From IMG/VR virus record IMGVR_UViG_3300021960_009431: 64,000 nucleotides of DNA; one strand, given 5' to 3'. How positions within the stretch are numbered: position 1 is the first letter of the stretch; every line of letters begins with the position of its first letter. A program made the position numbers and the translations under genes. The stretch comes from a virus. Under the pieces are notes generated by a model. The model was not told the DNA's origin. It saw only the letters and a list, made by a program, of their open reading frames with translations, and made no database searches. Of the stretch, positions 20,158-30,068 are shown piece after piece.

Positions 20158-21795
20158 ATGGAACTATTTGGGTTTGAGATAAAGAGAGCTGATCAAAACG
20201 AAAGAGAGCAGCTCCAAGCTATCGTGCCGCAAACACATGAAGATGGTGCAACTGAGGTTTCTACCAATGCAGCAGGTGTGTTTGGTGGTACATATGGAAC
20301 TTATGTTGATATTGAAGGTAAAGCTAAAGATGAAGCTGACCTTGTTACAAAATATCGACAAATGGCATTACAGCCAGAATGTGATTTTGCAATTGAAGAT
20401 ATTATCAATGATGCTATTATCATGGATGATAATGTTTACCCGGTTGAACTTGTACTAGATGAGACCGATCTTCCTAATAGAGTAAAAAAGCTAGTAAGAG
20501 AAGAATTTAATAGACTTCTCTACACATTAGATTTTGGTAATAAAGCTTACGAAATTTTCAGACGTTGGTATGTAGATGGCCGTCTATATTATCAAATTGT
20601 CATAGATGAAAAAGATGTGCGTGACGGAATAAAAGAGTTGCGTTATATTGATCCCCGTAAAATTAAAAAAATTAGAAAACAGAATAAAAAGAAAGATCCT
20701 AAATCAGGAGCAACTTTATATACTAGTACTGATGAATTTTATTTTTATAATCCTAAAGGAATGGCATCACAAGATAAAGGTGTACGAATTGCAAAAGATA
20801 GTATTTGCCATGTAACATCTGGGCTTGTAGATCCTATGAATAAGCTTACACTAGGACATTTACATAAAGCAATTAAACCTATGAACCAGTTGCGAATGCT
20901 TGAAGATGCAACTGTAATCTATCGTTTATCAAGAGCACCTGAACGTCGAATTTTCTATATTGACGTAGGTAACCTTCCTAAAGCAAAAGCTGAACAATAT
21001 CTTCGTGATATGATGGTTAAGCATAAAAATAAATTAGTTTATGATGCTAATACTGGTGAAGTAAGAGATGATAGACGTCATATGACAATGCTCGAAGATT
21101 TCTGGTTACCACGAAGAGAAGGTGGTAGAGGGACAGAAATTACTACCTTACCTGGCGGACAAAACTTAGGTGAGTTAGATGATGTTTTATATTTTCAGAA
21201 AAAACTTTATAAGTCATTAAATGTACCTGTTAGTAGACTAGAAGCCGAAGTTAATTTTAATATTGGCAGATCTACTGAAATTTCTAGAGATGAAATTAAA
21301 TTTCAAAAATTTATTAATAGAATAAGAAATAAATTTGCTGTTTTATTTGATAATTTATTAGAAACCCATTTAGTGCTTCGTGGCATTATGACTAAAACAG
21401 AATGGGAACAAATACGTAATAATATTACATACGATTTTGTTAATGATAACCACTTTGAAGAGCTCAAAGAGGGTGAAATCATGGCAGAGAGGTTAAGAAT
21501 TTTAGGTGAAGTAGACCCACTTGTAGGTAAATATTTTTCTTTATCCTGGGTACGTAAAAACGTGCTAAGAATGACAGAAGAAGAAATTGATACTATGCAG
21601 AGAGAGATTGATTTAGAATCTGAAGAAAATCCAGAAGAAGATATATCAATTGAAGAACCACAAGAGGAAGAAATATTTCCAGAGTATAAACCTGAAAAAG
21701 ACCTAACTGAGGAAGAAAAACGTCTTGTAGAAAGTATGACTAAATTCTATGACTCTTTCTCATCTCAGGAAGACATAGATAATGGATCAAGTTGA
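20158..21795 (+). CDS. gp20: Portal protein gp20
   Basis: WYVDGRLYY; IYRLSRAPERRIFYIDVGNLP; EDFWLPRREGGRGTEI. Confidence 0.97.
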   Translation: MELFGFEIKRADQNEREQLQAIVPQTHEDGATEVSTNAAGVFGGTYGTYVDIEGKAKDEADLVTKYRQMALQPECDFAIEDIINDAIIMDDNVYPVELVLDETDLPNRVKKLVREEFNRLLYTLDFGNKAYEIFRRWYVDGRLYYQIVIDEKDVRDGIKELRYIDPRKIKKIRKQNKKKDPKSGATLYTSTDEFYFYNPKGMASQDKGVRIAKDSICHVTSGLVDPMNKLTLGHLHKAIKPMNQLRMLEDATVIYRLSRAPERRIFYIDVGNLPKAKAEQYLRDMMVKHKNKLVYDANTGEVRDDRRHMTMLEDFWLPRREGGRGTEITTLPGGQNLGELDDVLYFQKKLYKSLNVPVSRLEAEVNFNIGRSTEISRDEIKFQKFINRIRNKFAVLFDNLLETHLVLRGIMTKTEWEQIRNNITYDFVNDNHFEELKEGEIMAERLRILGEVDPLVGKYFSLSWVRKNVLRMTEEEIDTMQREIDLESEENPEEDISIEEPQEEEIFPEYKPEKDLTEEEKRLVESMTKFYDSFSSQEDIDNGSS

Positions 21796-23692
21796 ACACG
21801 CTAAATTACTTGCAGCTCTTTTAGGAGTTCTTAAAAAAGAAAGTAGTAAGGTAAAAAGTGCTTTACTCGAAGAACTTCATTCTGAACTACAAAAAATTGA
21901 ACCTCCTGAACCTATTTTAGTAGAAGGGCCTGAGGGTCCTCAAGGTGAGATAGGTCCAGAAGGTCCTCGTGGTTTTATTGGTGAGCAAGGTATAAAGGGT
22001 ATACAAGGTCTTGTTGGAGAAACTGGTCCTAAAGGTGAGCAAGGCTTGCCTGGTAAACATATCACAGAAGCACAATTAAACGAAAACGGTCATTTATTTC
22101 TTTATCGTGATGACGGTGTACAATTTCCTATTGGCAACGTTATTGGTGAACAGGGACTAACAGGTCCAATAGGGCCCCAAGGCGAAAAAGGAGATGTAGG
22201 TGAAACCGGGATTCAGGGCGAGCAGGGTATTCCAGGCGAGGTCGGGCCGAAGGGAGATAGAGGAGTGGATGGTCTACAAGGACCAGTCGGACCTCAAGGT
22301 GAAAGTGGAGAAAAAGGTGAACAAGGAATCGTTGGTCCGAAAGGCGATAAAGGCGATACTGGGTTAACCGGACCAAAAGGTGATCGTGGTGAAACGGGTT
22401 TACCAGGTCCAGCTGGTTTACAAGGACCTAAAGGTGATAAAGGTGATCCAGGAGAGCAAGGTCCGCAAGGTGATCCTGGTATGGATGGTGAAACACCAGA
22501 TATAGAACCTTATCTTAAAAAAGTAACCGATGAACAGAAAAAATTTCAAGATAATATTAGACGCACTATTACAAGATCTTCATTTGGAAGTTCATCCGGT
22601 GGAGGTGAAGTACGTTTAGAATTTTTAGATGATGTTGATAGAGACACTGCAAAAGTAAATAATAAGTTTTTAAAATATGATAGTGCATCTGGAAAATGGG
22701 TCGGTGCAGATGCTGCTAGTGGCTCCACTGATGCTGACACAGTTTCATTTGCTGTAAAAAATGGTTCTGGAGTAACTCTTGCAAAAGGTACACCTGTTTA
22801 TGCAAATACAGCATTAGGTGCTTCGGGTAAAACTGTAGTAGGTGCAGCTGATGCTGCTATTTCAGGTAGAATGCCTGCTATTGGTGTATTATCACAAGAA
22901 TTAGCTAATAACGGTGAAGGTGATCTTCTCGTAGTTGGTGTCATGGAAAATCTAGACACATCATCATTTAACGTCGGTCAAGTTTTATATGTTGCTCCAG
23001 GTGGTACAGGACTAACAACTACAAGACCATCTGATCCCAATCATTTAATACAAAACGTAGCAAAGGTTACAAGAAGCCAATCTCATACTGGGCAAATACT
23101 TGTTGAAGGCTCAGGCCGTACAAATGATATTCCAAACGGATTTACTGTCACAGGTAATATTACAGCAAATAACGTAAAAACATTAGTAGCTGGAGATAAT
23201 ATTACGTTAACCAAAAACTCCTCTTCTATAGTTATTGCTTCTACTGCTTCAGGTGGAGGAGGTGGCAGTGGTTCTGCTAATCTATTAAACGTTACAACTA
23301 ATATAATACCTACATCAAATAATACGCTAGATATAGGTACTACTACTAAAAGATTTCGCGATTTATTTTTGTCTGGCCAGACTATTAATCTTGGAGGAGC
23401 TACTATTTCCTCAGATGGTACTGGGCAAATAGCTATTTCAGGAACAGGAGCTACTCTACCTGCTAATTCAAGAGTGCAAGTTTCCGGTTCAGAAAAAACT
23501 ATTGCTACGGTAAGTGAGACCGGTGTGGTTGAACAATTAGTTCCGTTATTTACACAAGCTAGTGGATTAACTGCTCCTGCTAATACATTCGTTTTTAGAG
23601 CTGATGCTACTACGAGAGTCTTTTCTTCATTTGTCCTAAATAATGGTAGTACAATTGGTGCAACCGATAAAGAAGCACTATTTTTATTTTAA
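21782..23692 (+). CDS. Collagen-like (Gly-X-Y) fibre protein
   Basis: Two Gly-X-Y tracts, followed by GGGEVRLEFLDDVD and beta-rich domains. Confidence 0.8.
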   Translation: MDQVEHAKLLAALLGVLKKESSKVKSALLEELHSELQKIEPPEPILVEGPEGPQGEIGPEGPRGFIGEQGIKGIQGLVGETGPKGEQGLPGKHITEAQLNENGHLFLYRDDGVQFPIGNVIGEQGLTGPIGPQGEKGDVGETGIQGEQGIPGEVGPKGDRGVDGLQGPVGPQGESGEKGEQGIVGPKGDKGDTGLTGPKGDRGETGLPGPAGLQGPKGDKGDPGEQGPQGDPGMDGETPDIEPYLKKVTDEQKKFQDNIRRTITRSSFGSSSGGGEVRLEFLDDVDRDTAKVNNKFLKYDSASGKWVGADAASGSTDADTVSFAVKNGSGVTLAKGTPVYANTALGASGKTVVGAADAAISGRMPAIGVLSQELANNGEGDLLVVGVMENLDTSSFNVGQVLYVAPGGTGLTTTRPSDPNHLIQNVAKVTRSQSHTGQILVEGSGRTNDIPNGFTVTGNITANNVKTLVAGDNITLTKNSSSIVIASTASGGGGGSGSANLLNVTTNIIPTSNNTLDIGTTTKRFRDLFLSGQTINLGGATISSDGTGQIAISGTGATLPANSRVQVSGSEKTIATVSETGVVEQLVPLFTQASGLTAPANTFVFRADATTRVFSSFVLNNGSTIGATDKEALFLF

Positions 23693-23701
23693 GGTAATAA
23701 A

Positions 23702-25276
23702 ATGGCAATTAAAGTTCCTATAAGAACAGTCTTTGATTCATCTGACAACGCTATTGGTTTGTCTGAGTTTCAACCAGGTGATGCTGTAGGTACCACACAT
23801 GGCGGTACTGGACTTACAAGTTTAGGTTCAGCTGGCCAGGTTTTACAGGTAAATTCAGGTGGTAACGGTTTTGAATTTGGTTCTAAAACATTAGTAAACC
23901 TTGATCCTTATTTGCAAGTAGCAAATGCTAATGTAAATTTTGTTACTAAAGCTACTGCTTTAACTACTAATAACGCTATAATTAATTTAATTAATGATAG
24001 AATGCAAGTTGCAAATGTTAGTAGTTTAGTTACTACTGAGGTAAATGCATTAGTAGATAGTGCTCCAGGAGCATTAAATACATTAAATGAGTTAGCTGCT
24101 GCTTTAGGTGATGATGCTAATTTTTCTACTACTATTACAAATAATCTCGCAACTAAAGCTTCAAATACATATGTTAATGCACAAATAGGTGCTTCTAACA
24201 CTAGTATAAGAAATTATACAAATACAACATTTGAAACTAAAGCTGTAGCTTTAGCGTCTAATAATGCTTTAATTAGTTTAATTAATGATAGACTACAAGT
24301 TGCAAATGCTGCAGCATTATATCAAACTATAGCTATTGAAAGAGCTGCTCTTGCCAACACTAATACTAGATTAAATGTTTTAGAAGCAGGTGGCGCATTA
24401 GCGACAAATACATATATTGTTGCAAACTATCTTCAAAAAACAAGTACTGCTTCACAAAGTACGCAAGCTGAATTGAGAATAGATAGTACTTCAGATACTA
24501 CTGGTGTACATATTAACGATGGTTCTATTGAATTATTTACTAATACTGGCTCAGAAGCTTTTGTAGATTTTTATTGTGAAGTAAATAATGCTCATAGAAC
24601 AAGATTAAAATCAGCTGCTCACACAGATTATACAGGAAACATAGATTTAGTCTTACCAGTGACTAACGGTGTGCTAGCTACCCAAGAGTATGCAGCGTCT
24701 AACTCTTATGTAAACACTACATTTGAAACTAAAGCGGTTGCACTAGCTTCAAATACAGCAATGAAAAATCTTGTTGATGATAGACTACAAGTAGCGAATG
24801 CTGCTATACTTTATGAGACAAAAGCAACCGCATTAACTTCAAATAATAATCTATTATCATTAATTAACGACCGTATTCAAGTTGCAAACGTAGCTTCATC
24901 TATTAGACCTGGAGTTTCTACCGTTACTTCAAATACAACTGTAGATGCAACTGATCACAACAATGCTATTATAATTAATAGTTCTGACACTATAGTAATT
25001 ACTATAGCCGTGTCAAGCAGCCTAACAGTAGGTGACACATTTAAATTTTATCCAGTTGGATCAGGTGATATTCAGATAAATCTAAATTCTAGTGATCAAT
25101 TTCTTGGAACCACTCTATCTACAACTACAATTAGTGCATATTCAGATGTACAAGTAAATGCATTACAAAGCACTGCAATTCAAGATGGATCATTTAGAGA
25201 CTTTGTCTCTACTGGATTATATACAAAAGTAGAATTGTTATATGCTGGTAGTGGAAATTTTGTTCTAACAAAATAA
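23702..25276 (+). CDS. Fibre-like protein with LxxDRLQVAN repeats
   Basis: About five (L)INDR(L/M/I)QVAN-like repeats plus the tail-fibre motif LVDSAPGALNTLNELAAALGDD. Confidence 0.75.
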   Translation: MAIKVPIRTVFDSSDNAIGLSEFQPGDAVGTTHGGTGLTSLGSAGQVLQVNSGGNGFEFGSKTLVNLDPYLQVANANVNFVTKATALTTNNAIINLINDRMQVANVSSLVTTEVNALVDSAPGALNTLNELAAALGDDANFSTTITNNLATKASNTYVNAQIGASNTSIRNYTNTTFETKAVALASNNALISLINDRLQVANAAALYQTIAIERAALANTNTRLNVLEAGGALATNTYIVANYLQKTSTASQSTQAELRIDSTSDTTGVHINDGSIELFTNTGSEAFVDFYCEVNNAHRTRLKSAAHTDYTGNIDLVLPVTNGVLATQEYAASNSYVNTTFETKAVALASNTAMKNLVDDRLQVANAAILYETKATALTSNNNLLSLINDRIQVANVASSIRPGVSTVTSNTTVDATDHNNAIIINSSDTIVITIAVSSSLTVGDTFKFYPVGSGDIQINLNSSDQFLGTTLSTTTISAYSDVQVNALQSTAIQDGSFRDFVSTGLYTKVELLYAGSGNFVLTK

Positions 25277-25279
25277 AAT

Positions 25280-25298
25280 TATAAATAATGTATAAATA
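25280..25298 (+). promoter_or_regulatory. Tandem late promoters
   Basis: TATAAATA at 25280-87 and 25291-98. Confidence 0.75.
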
Positions 25299-25316
25299 TA
25301 TGAAAAGGAGCTTATA

Positions 25317-25544
25317 ATGCCTTATGAAGTTGCAGATGCTATTAGAGCATCAACAGATGATAATACATCTGTATTCCAAGATGCTGTAAATAGTATCTTA
25401 GCTGATAAATTACGTGAACGTATCGGTGTTGAAAAAGTTGCAGTGTCGCAATCTATGTTTGCAGAACCTGACTTTGAATCTGATGAAGCTTCAGAAGAAG
25501 AATTAGAAACAGAAATAGACGGAGAATCAGATGAAAACATTTAA
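25317..25544 (+). CDS. Prohead core protein (gp67-like)
   Basis: Small acidic protein located between portal and gp21. Confidence 0.6.
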   Translation: MPYEVADAIRASTDDNTSVFQDAVNSILADKLRERIGVEKVAVSQSMFAEPDFESDEASEEELETEIDGESDENI

Positions 25545-25860
25545 AGAACTTATGGAAGCTCCGGGCTCACCAGCACAAGATAATAAAGGTGAAAAAGATG
25601 ATGAGAAAGAGGTAAAAGGTTATAAACCTCGTTCTAAAGGTGAAGAAGATTTTGCTAAAGCACATACTGTAGATATAACAGGACACCCTGTTGCTACAGT
25701 AGCTCAGTTTAAAGGAACTACTGATGGTGGTGACCCTGAAAAAACTCATAAAGGTGGTAAACAGCATCCAGGAGAAAAAAATCCTGTAATGCAAGGCTCG
25801 TCAAAAGTTAGAGAAAACTTTTCTAATTTTGTAAAGGTAGAAGATCATGGCGACAATTAA
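25531..25860 (+). CDS. Hypothetical prohead-region protein
   Basis: MKTFKEL N-terminus typical of internal head proteins; SD GGAG. Confidence 0.6.
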   Translation: MKTFKELMEAPGSPAQDNKGEKDDEKEVKGYKPRSKGEEDFAKAHTVDITGHPVATVAQFKGTTDGGDPEKTHKGGKQHPGEKNPVMQGSSKVRENFSNFVKVEDHGDN

Positions 25861-26110
25861 ACTACTAGGAAATTCAACAGCTCTTGGCTCAGCTACTAAT
25901 CTTGGCAGCGCTACTATGGTACGCGTTGTTAATACAAACGCTGCTGAGCAAACAGTTACTGTAGCTAATACCGTAGGTCCAGCAAATGGCGGTGGTATTG
26001 GTGGTACTGTAGTAATTGAAGCAGGGCAATCAGAAATAATTGTAAAAGAACCTACCGATACTATTCAATCTGTTGCAACAGTATTAGGTACAAAGGTAGC
26101 AAGGTACTAA
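25847..26110 (+). CDS. Small virion protein upstream of gp21
   Basis: 87-aa beta-rich ORF tightly coupled to gp21. Confidence 0.6.
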   Translation: MATIKLLGNSTALGSATNLGSATMVRVVNTNAAEQTVTVANTVGPANGGGIGGTVVIEAGQSEIIVKEPTDTIQSVATVLGTKVARY

Positions 26111-26111
26111 C

Positions 26112-26756
26112 ATGAAACTCATATGCGAAGTAAACGAAGAGCTAGAGTATATTGCTGAAGATGCTAGTGAAGGTAAAACTCACAAGATAAAAGGTATCTT
26201 TATGCAAGGAGATATTACGAACCGTAATGGTCGTAGATACCCTATGCAAACTTTAATTAAAGAAGTAAAAAGATATCAAAAAGAGTATATCGATAAAAAG
26301 CGTGCTTTCGGCGAGTTGGGTCACCCCCAGGGTCCAACAATCAATTTAGACCGTGTATCGCATATGATTACTAATCTTACACCAGAAGGATCTAATATTA
26401 TTGGTGAAGCTAAAATTTTAGACACGCCAATGGGTAATATTGTAAAGAACCTTATGAATGAAGGAGCTACTATTGGTGTTTCTTCTCGTGGTATGGGTTC
26501 TTTAAAAGAGAAGAACGGTGTAGCAGAAGTACAAAAAGATTTCTATCTAGCAACAGCAGCTGATATTGTTGCAGATCCTTCCGCTCCTAATGCATTTGTA
26601 GAAGGTATTATGGAAGGTAAAGAATGGGTTTGGGAAAATGGTATTCTTCGTGAGAAGACTATCAACGACTACAAACAAATAATCGAAAAGACCTCATCTA
26701 AAGACTTAGCAGAAACTAAAATGCGTGTCTTTGAGGACTTCATCTCAAAACTTTAA
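26112..26756 (+). CDS. gp21: Prohead protease gp21
   Basis: NRNGRRYP; GELGHP; GVSSRGMGSL; DIVADPSAP. Confidence 0.97.
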   Translation: MKLICEVNEELEYIAEDASEGKTHKIKGIFMQGDITNRNGRRYPMQTLIKEVKRYQKEYIDKKRAFGELGHPQGPTINLDRVSHMITNLTPEGSNIIGEAKILDTPMGNIVKNLMNEGATIGVSSRGMGSLKEKNGVAEVQKDFYLATAADIVADPSAPNAFVEGIMEGKEWVWENGILREKTINDYKQIIEKTSSKDLAETKMRVFEDFISKL

Positions 26757-26759
26757 TAT

Positions 26760-26767
26760 TATAAATA
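26760..26767 (+). promoter_or_regulatory. Late promoter
   Basis: TATAAATA before gp22. Confidence 0.75.
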
Positions 26768-26800
26768 ATAGAGAATAATCCATCAAAGGAGAAAATAACG

Positions 26801-27934
26801 ATGTCTGATCAAGATCTACAAATGAGAGAAGAAGACCTCGTCGTTGCAGAAGAAGAGCAATTAGATGAGTTCAAAGCTTCTATGGGTGATCCATCTGAGG
26901 TTCCTGGACCTACTGGTTCAAAAGCCAAAGCGCCTGGAAAATCTAAAAATGTTACAGATGATCCAGCAGATTCACCAACTGCGGTTAAACCAGAAAAAGG
27001 TCAAGAACCTAAAACTAAAATGGGTATGATCCAAGCAATGGTTGATCGTATGAATGGTATGAAGAAAGCTGATCTTCAAGCTTCATATGGTAAAATGAAT
27101 GCTGCTATGATGCATAAAGAAGATTTGGATACTGAAGATACAGTTGAAGAAAATGTAGAAGTAGTTAAAGCTGGTCATAAAATTACAGCAGATGATATTG
27201 ATATTCAAGAAGATATCAAAGCTGTATTTTCTAATGACGAAGAGCTTTCAGAAGAGTTTAAAGAAGCTGCTACTACTATTTTCGAAGCCGCTGTTGTATC
27301 AAAAGTAAACGAACAACTAGAAAAATATGTTGTTGACATTGAGTCAGAGCTTAACGAAGAAAAGACAAAACTTGAAGAAGAGATGTCTGCTAAACTAGAC
27401 CAGTATTTAGACTACGTAGTAGAAAACTGGATGGAAGAAAATCGTTTAGCTGTTGAATCAGGTGTAAAATCAGAACTAGTAGATGATTTCATTACTGGAC
27501 TAAAAGATCTATTTAATGAGCACTATATTGAAATTCCAGACGATAAAGTAGATGTCGTTGAAGAATTAGCTGCTCGTGCTGAAGATCTAGAAAATCGTCT
27601 AGATGAAGAAATTAAAAAGAATGCTGCTTTTAATGCTCAAATTTCAGAGCATGCGAGAGCCGACTTATTCGCAGAAGCTTGCGAATCCTTGACAGAGACT
27701 CAAAAAGAAAAGTTTAAGACTCTGTCTGAAGGTATTGAATTCGTTAATGAAGAAACGTACGTTGAAAAACTAGAAACTCTGAAGAAAAGCTATTTTAGCG
27801 AATCAGTTGAGTCAACAGCATCAACAAGTGACTTTGATGACGCTGAGCCCCTTGAAGAGGAAGCTAAAGAGCCTCGAATTGAGCCAGAAATGTCCGCTTA
27901 TGTCAATGCCATTTCAAGATCACTGAAAAAATAA
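26801..27934 (+). CDS. gp22: Prohead core scaffold gp22
   Basis: LSEEFKEAATTIFEAAV; YLDYVVENWMEEN; acidic coiled coil. Confidence 0.95.
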   Translation: MSDQDLQMREEDLVVAEEEQLDEFKASMGDPSEVPGPTGSKAKAPGKSKNVTDDPADSPTAVKPEKGQEPKTKMGMIQAMVDRMNGMKKADLQASYGKMNAAMMHKEDLDTEDTVEENVEVVKAGHKITADDIDIQEDIKAVFSNDEELSEEFKEAATTIFEAAVVSKVNEQLEKYVVDIESELNEEKTKLEEEMSAKLDQYLDYVVENWMEENRLAVESGVKSELVDDFITGLKDLFNEHYIEIPDDKVDVVEELAARAEDLENRLDEEIKKNAAFNAQISEHARADLFAEACESLTETQKEKFKTLSEGIEFVNEETYVEKLETLKKSYFSESVESTASTSDFDDAEPLEEEAKEPRIEPEMSAYVNAISRSLKK

Positions 27935-27938
27935 AAAT

Positions 27939-27946
27939 TATAAATA
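27939..27946 (+). promoter_or_regulatory. Late promoter
   Basis: TATAAATA before gp23. Confidence 0.75.
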
Positions 27947-27981
27947 ATATTAGATTTGGAAAACCTTAAAGGAGAAATCAA

Positions 27982-29376
27982 ATGCAATATGTATCTGAAG
28001 AACTAATGCAGAAGTGGCAACCGGTTCTTGAGCATAACGATCTTCCAGAGATCAAAGACGCTCATCGTCGTTCTGTCACAGCTACATTGTTAGAAAACCA
28101 AACCCGTGCTTCAAGAGAAGCTGCACAGGGTTCAGGTGGCTACTCAATGCCATCGCTCTTGGGCGAGGCAGCACCTACAAACGCAATGGGTGCATCATCT
28201 TCTACAGCCGGAGACGGTAGCGTAGATATTTTTGACCCAGTACTGATCTCACTAGTACGTAGATCAATGCCAAACCTTATCGCTTATGATATTGCTGGTG
28301 TTCAGCCTATGACTGGACCAACTGGTCTTATTTTTGCGATGCGTGCACGTTACTCAGGTCAAGCTGGTACCGAAGCAATGTACAACGAAGCAGACACAGA
28401 CTTTTCTAAGTCAGCTGCTGGTAACACACTATCTGGTTTTGCTCTTGATGAGTCAACTGGTGACGGTGTAACAACTGGTCAGACAGGTTCTGATCCAACA
28501 GCTCGCGCATCTGCTAACGGCTACACAGTAGCACAAGGTATGTCAACAGCACAAGCAGAAGCCATGGGTGATGCAGGTAACAATGCATTCCAAGAGATGG
28601 CCTTCTCAATTGAGAAAGTATCTGTAACAGCAGTTTCACGTGCTCTTAAAGCTGAGTACACAATGGAACTTGCACAAGATCTTAGAGCAGTACACGGCCT
28701 TGATGCTGAAACTGAACTAGCAAATATCTTGTCAGCTGAAATTCTTGCTGAGATCAACAGAGAAGTAGTTAGAACTATTAACTATACTGCTACTGCTGGT
28801 GCACAAGACAACACAGCAACTGCTGGTACATTTAACCTTGACGTTGATTCAAACGGCCGTTGGTCAGTTGAAAGATTTAAAGGTATGATTTTCCAAATCG
28901 AGCGTGAAGCGAATCAAATCGCAAAAGACACTCGTAGAGGGAAAGGTAACATGCTAATTTGTTCTTCAGACGTTGCGTCTGCTTTGCAAATGGCTGGTGT
29001 ACTAGATTATACTCCTGCTCTATCTGCTAGCTTGAATGTAGATGATACAGGTAATACATTTGCAGGTATCTTGAACGGTCGTATTAGAGTATACATCGAT
29101 CCATACTTCTCAAGTGCATCTGGTAACCATTACATGACAGTAGGTTATAAAGGTTCTAGCGCATTCGATGCTGGTCTTTTCTACTGCCCATATGTACCAC
29201 TACAGATGGTAAGAGCCGTTGGCGAAAATACTTTCCAACCAAAAATCGGGTTTAAAACTCGTTACGGTATGGTTGCTAATCCATTCGCTAAAGGTGCTTC
29301 TGCTGGTAACGGTTCTATCGCATTTGCTGATAAGAACGTATACTACAGATTGGTTTCAGTCGCAAACCTAATGTAA
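27982..29376 (+). CDS. gp23: Major capsid protein gp23
   Basis: GVQPMTGPTGLIFAMR; SRALKAEYTMELAQDL; FQPKIGFKTRYG. Confidence 0.98.
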   Translation: MQYVSEELMQKWQPVLEHNDLPEIKDAHRRSVTATLLENQTRASREAAQGSGGYSMPSLLGEAAPTNAMGASSSTAGDGSVDIFDPVLISLVRRSMPNLIAYDIAGVQPMTGPTGLIFAMRARYSGQAGTEAMYNEADTDFSKSAAGNTLSGFALDESTGDGVTTGQTGSDPTARASANGYTVAQGMSTAQAEAMGDAGNNAFQEMAFSIEKVSVTAVSRALKAEYTMELAQDLRAVHGLDAETELANILSAEILAEINREVVRTINYTATAGAQDNTATAGTFNLDVDSNGRWSVERFKGMIFQIEREANQIAKDTRRGKGNMLICSSDVASALQMAGVLDYTPALSASLNVDDTGNTFAGILNGRIRVYIDPYFSSASGNHYMTVGYKGSSAFDAGLFYCPYVPLQMVRAVGENTFQPKIGFKTRYGMVANPFAKGASAGNGSIAFADKNVYYRLVSVANLM

Positions 29377-29405
29377 TAATAAGAGTAGGGTTAACCTACC
29401 TCCAC

Positions 29406-29432
29406 AAGGGCCTCTTCGGAGGCCCTTTTTTT
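29406..29432 (+). terminator. Rho-independent terminator with cUUCGg tetraloop
   Basis: AAGGGCCTC-TTCG-GAGGCCCTT followed by a T run. Confidence 0.92.
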
Positions 29433-29466
29433 ATGCCTAAATATACAAAACAACTGAGGTATTAAA

Positions 29467-29997
29467 ATGGCTGAACAAGGCGCATTATATCAACAACCTG
29501 ATAATAAAAATTTATTATCACCTACAGGTTTTAGATTTCAATTAAACCGTACTCCTAATGTAAACTATTTTACATATAGTGTACCTATACCTACTCTAAC
29601 CCTTGGAGAGATCGATACTGAGAACCCTAACGTTAGATTACCATTTCCTGGTGATAAGATACGTTTTGAACCTTTGTCTATTAGATTTAGAGTAGATGAA
29701 GATTTAGAAAATTACTTAGAAATACATAATTGGTTAATAAGTTTAGGTTACCCAGAAGATATTTCCAACTCTGGTTATGGTAAGGGAGCTTATAATACTA
29801 GTGGTGCAGTTTTTTCAGATGGTAGTTTGTTAATTCTCTCTAGTCATCAAAATACTAATTTAAGAATTAATTTTAAAAACTTATTTCCTATTTCTTTAAC
29901 TGAGTTGAACTTTGATGCCTCTTTAACTGATATAGAATATTTAGAAGCTACTGCTACTTTTAGATATGGTTTATATGAAATAGAAAAAGTACAATAA
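29467..29997 (+). CDS. gp3: Tail tube terminator/completion protein gp3
   Basis: NLLSPTGFRF; F.VDEDLENYLEIHNW; F.NLFPISL. Confidence 0.9.
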   Translation: MAEQGALYQQPDNKNLLSPTGFRFQLNRTPNVNYFTYSVPIPTLTLGEIDTENPNVRLPFPGDKIRFEPLSIRFRVDEDLENYLEIHNWLISLGYPEDISNSGYGKGAYNTSGAVFSDGSLLILSSHQNTNLRINFKNLFPISLTELNFDASLTDIEYLEATATFRYGLYEIEKVQ

Positions 29998-30002
29998 AAC
30001 AG

Positions 30003-30031
30003 TTGCACTACCGGGATTTTAAGCCTATAAT
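30003..30031 (+). promoter_or_regulatory. Sigma70-type promoter TTGCAC-N17-TATAAT before uvsY
   Basis: TTGCAC 30003-08, TATAAT 30026-31. Confidence 0.75.
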
Positions 30032-30068
30032 AAACGTGTAGTGTTTTTAAGACTGGATAATATATATT

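Noticed and set aside
21782-25276. CRISPR array or diversity-generating retroelement repeats
   Set aside because: The repeats are degenerate protein-coding repeats; no regular repeat-spacer pattern, no reverse transcriptase and no adenine-specific TR/VR pair seen.
29385-29399. Small GTAGG/CCTAC hairpin after gp23
   Set aside because: Only 5 bp and adjacent to the true terminator; no function can be supported.
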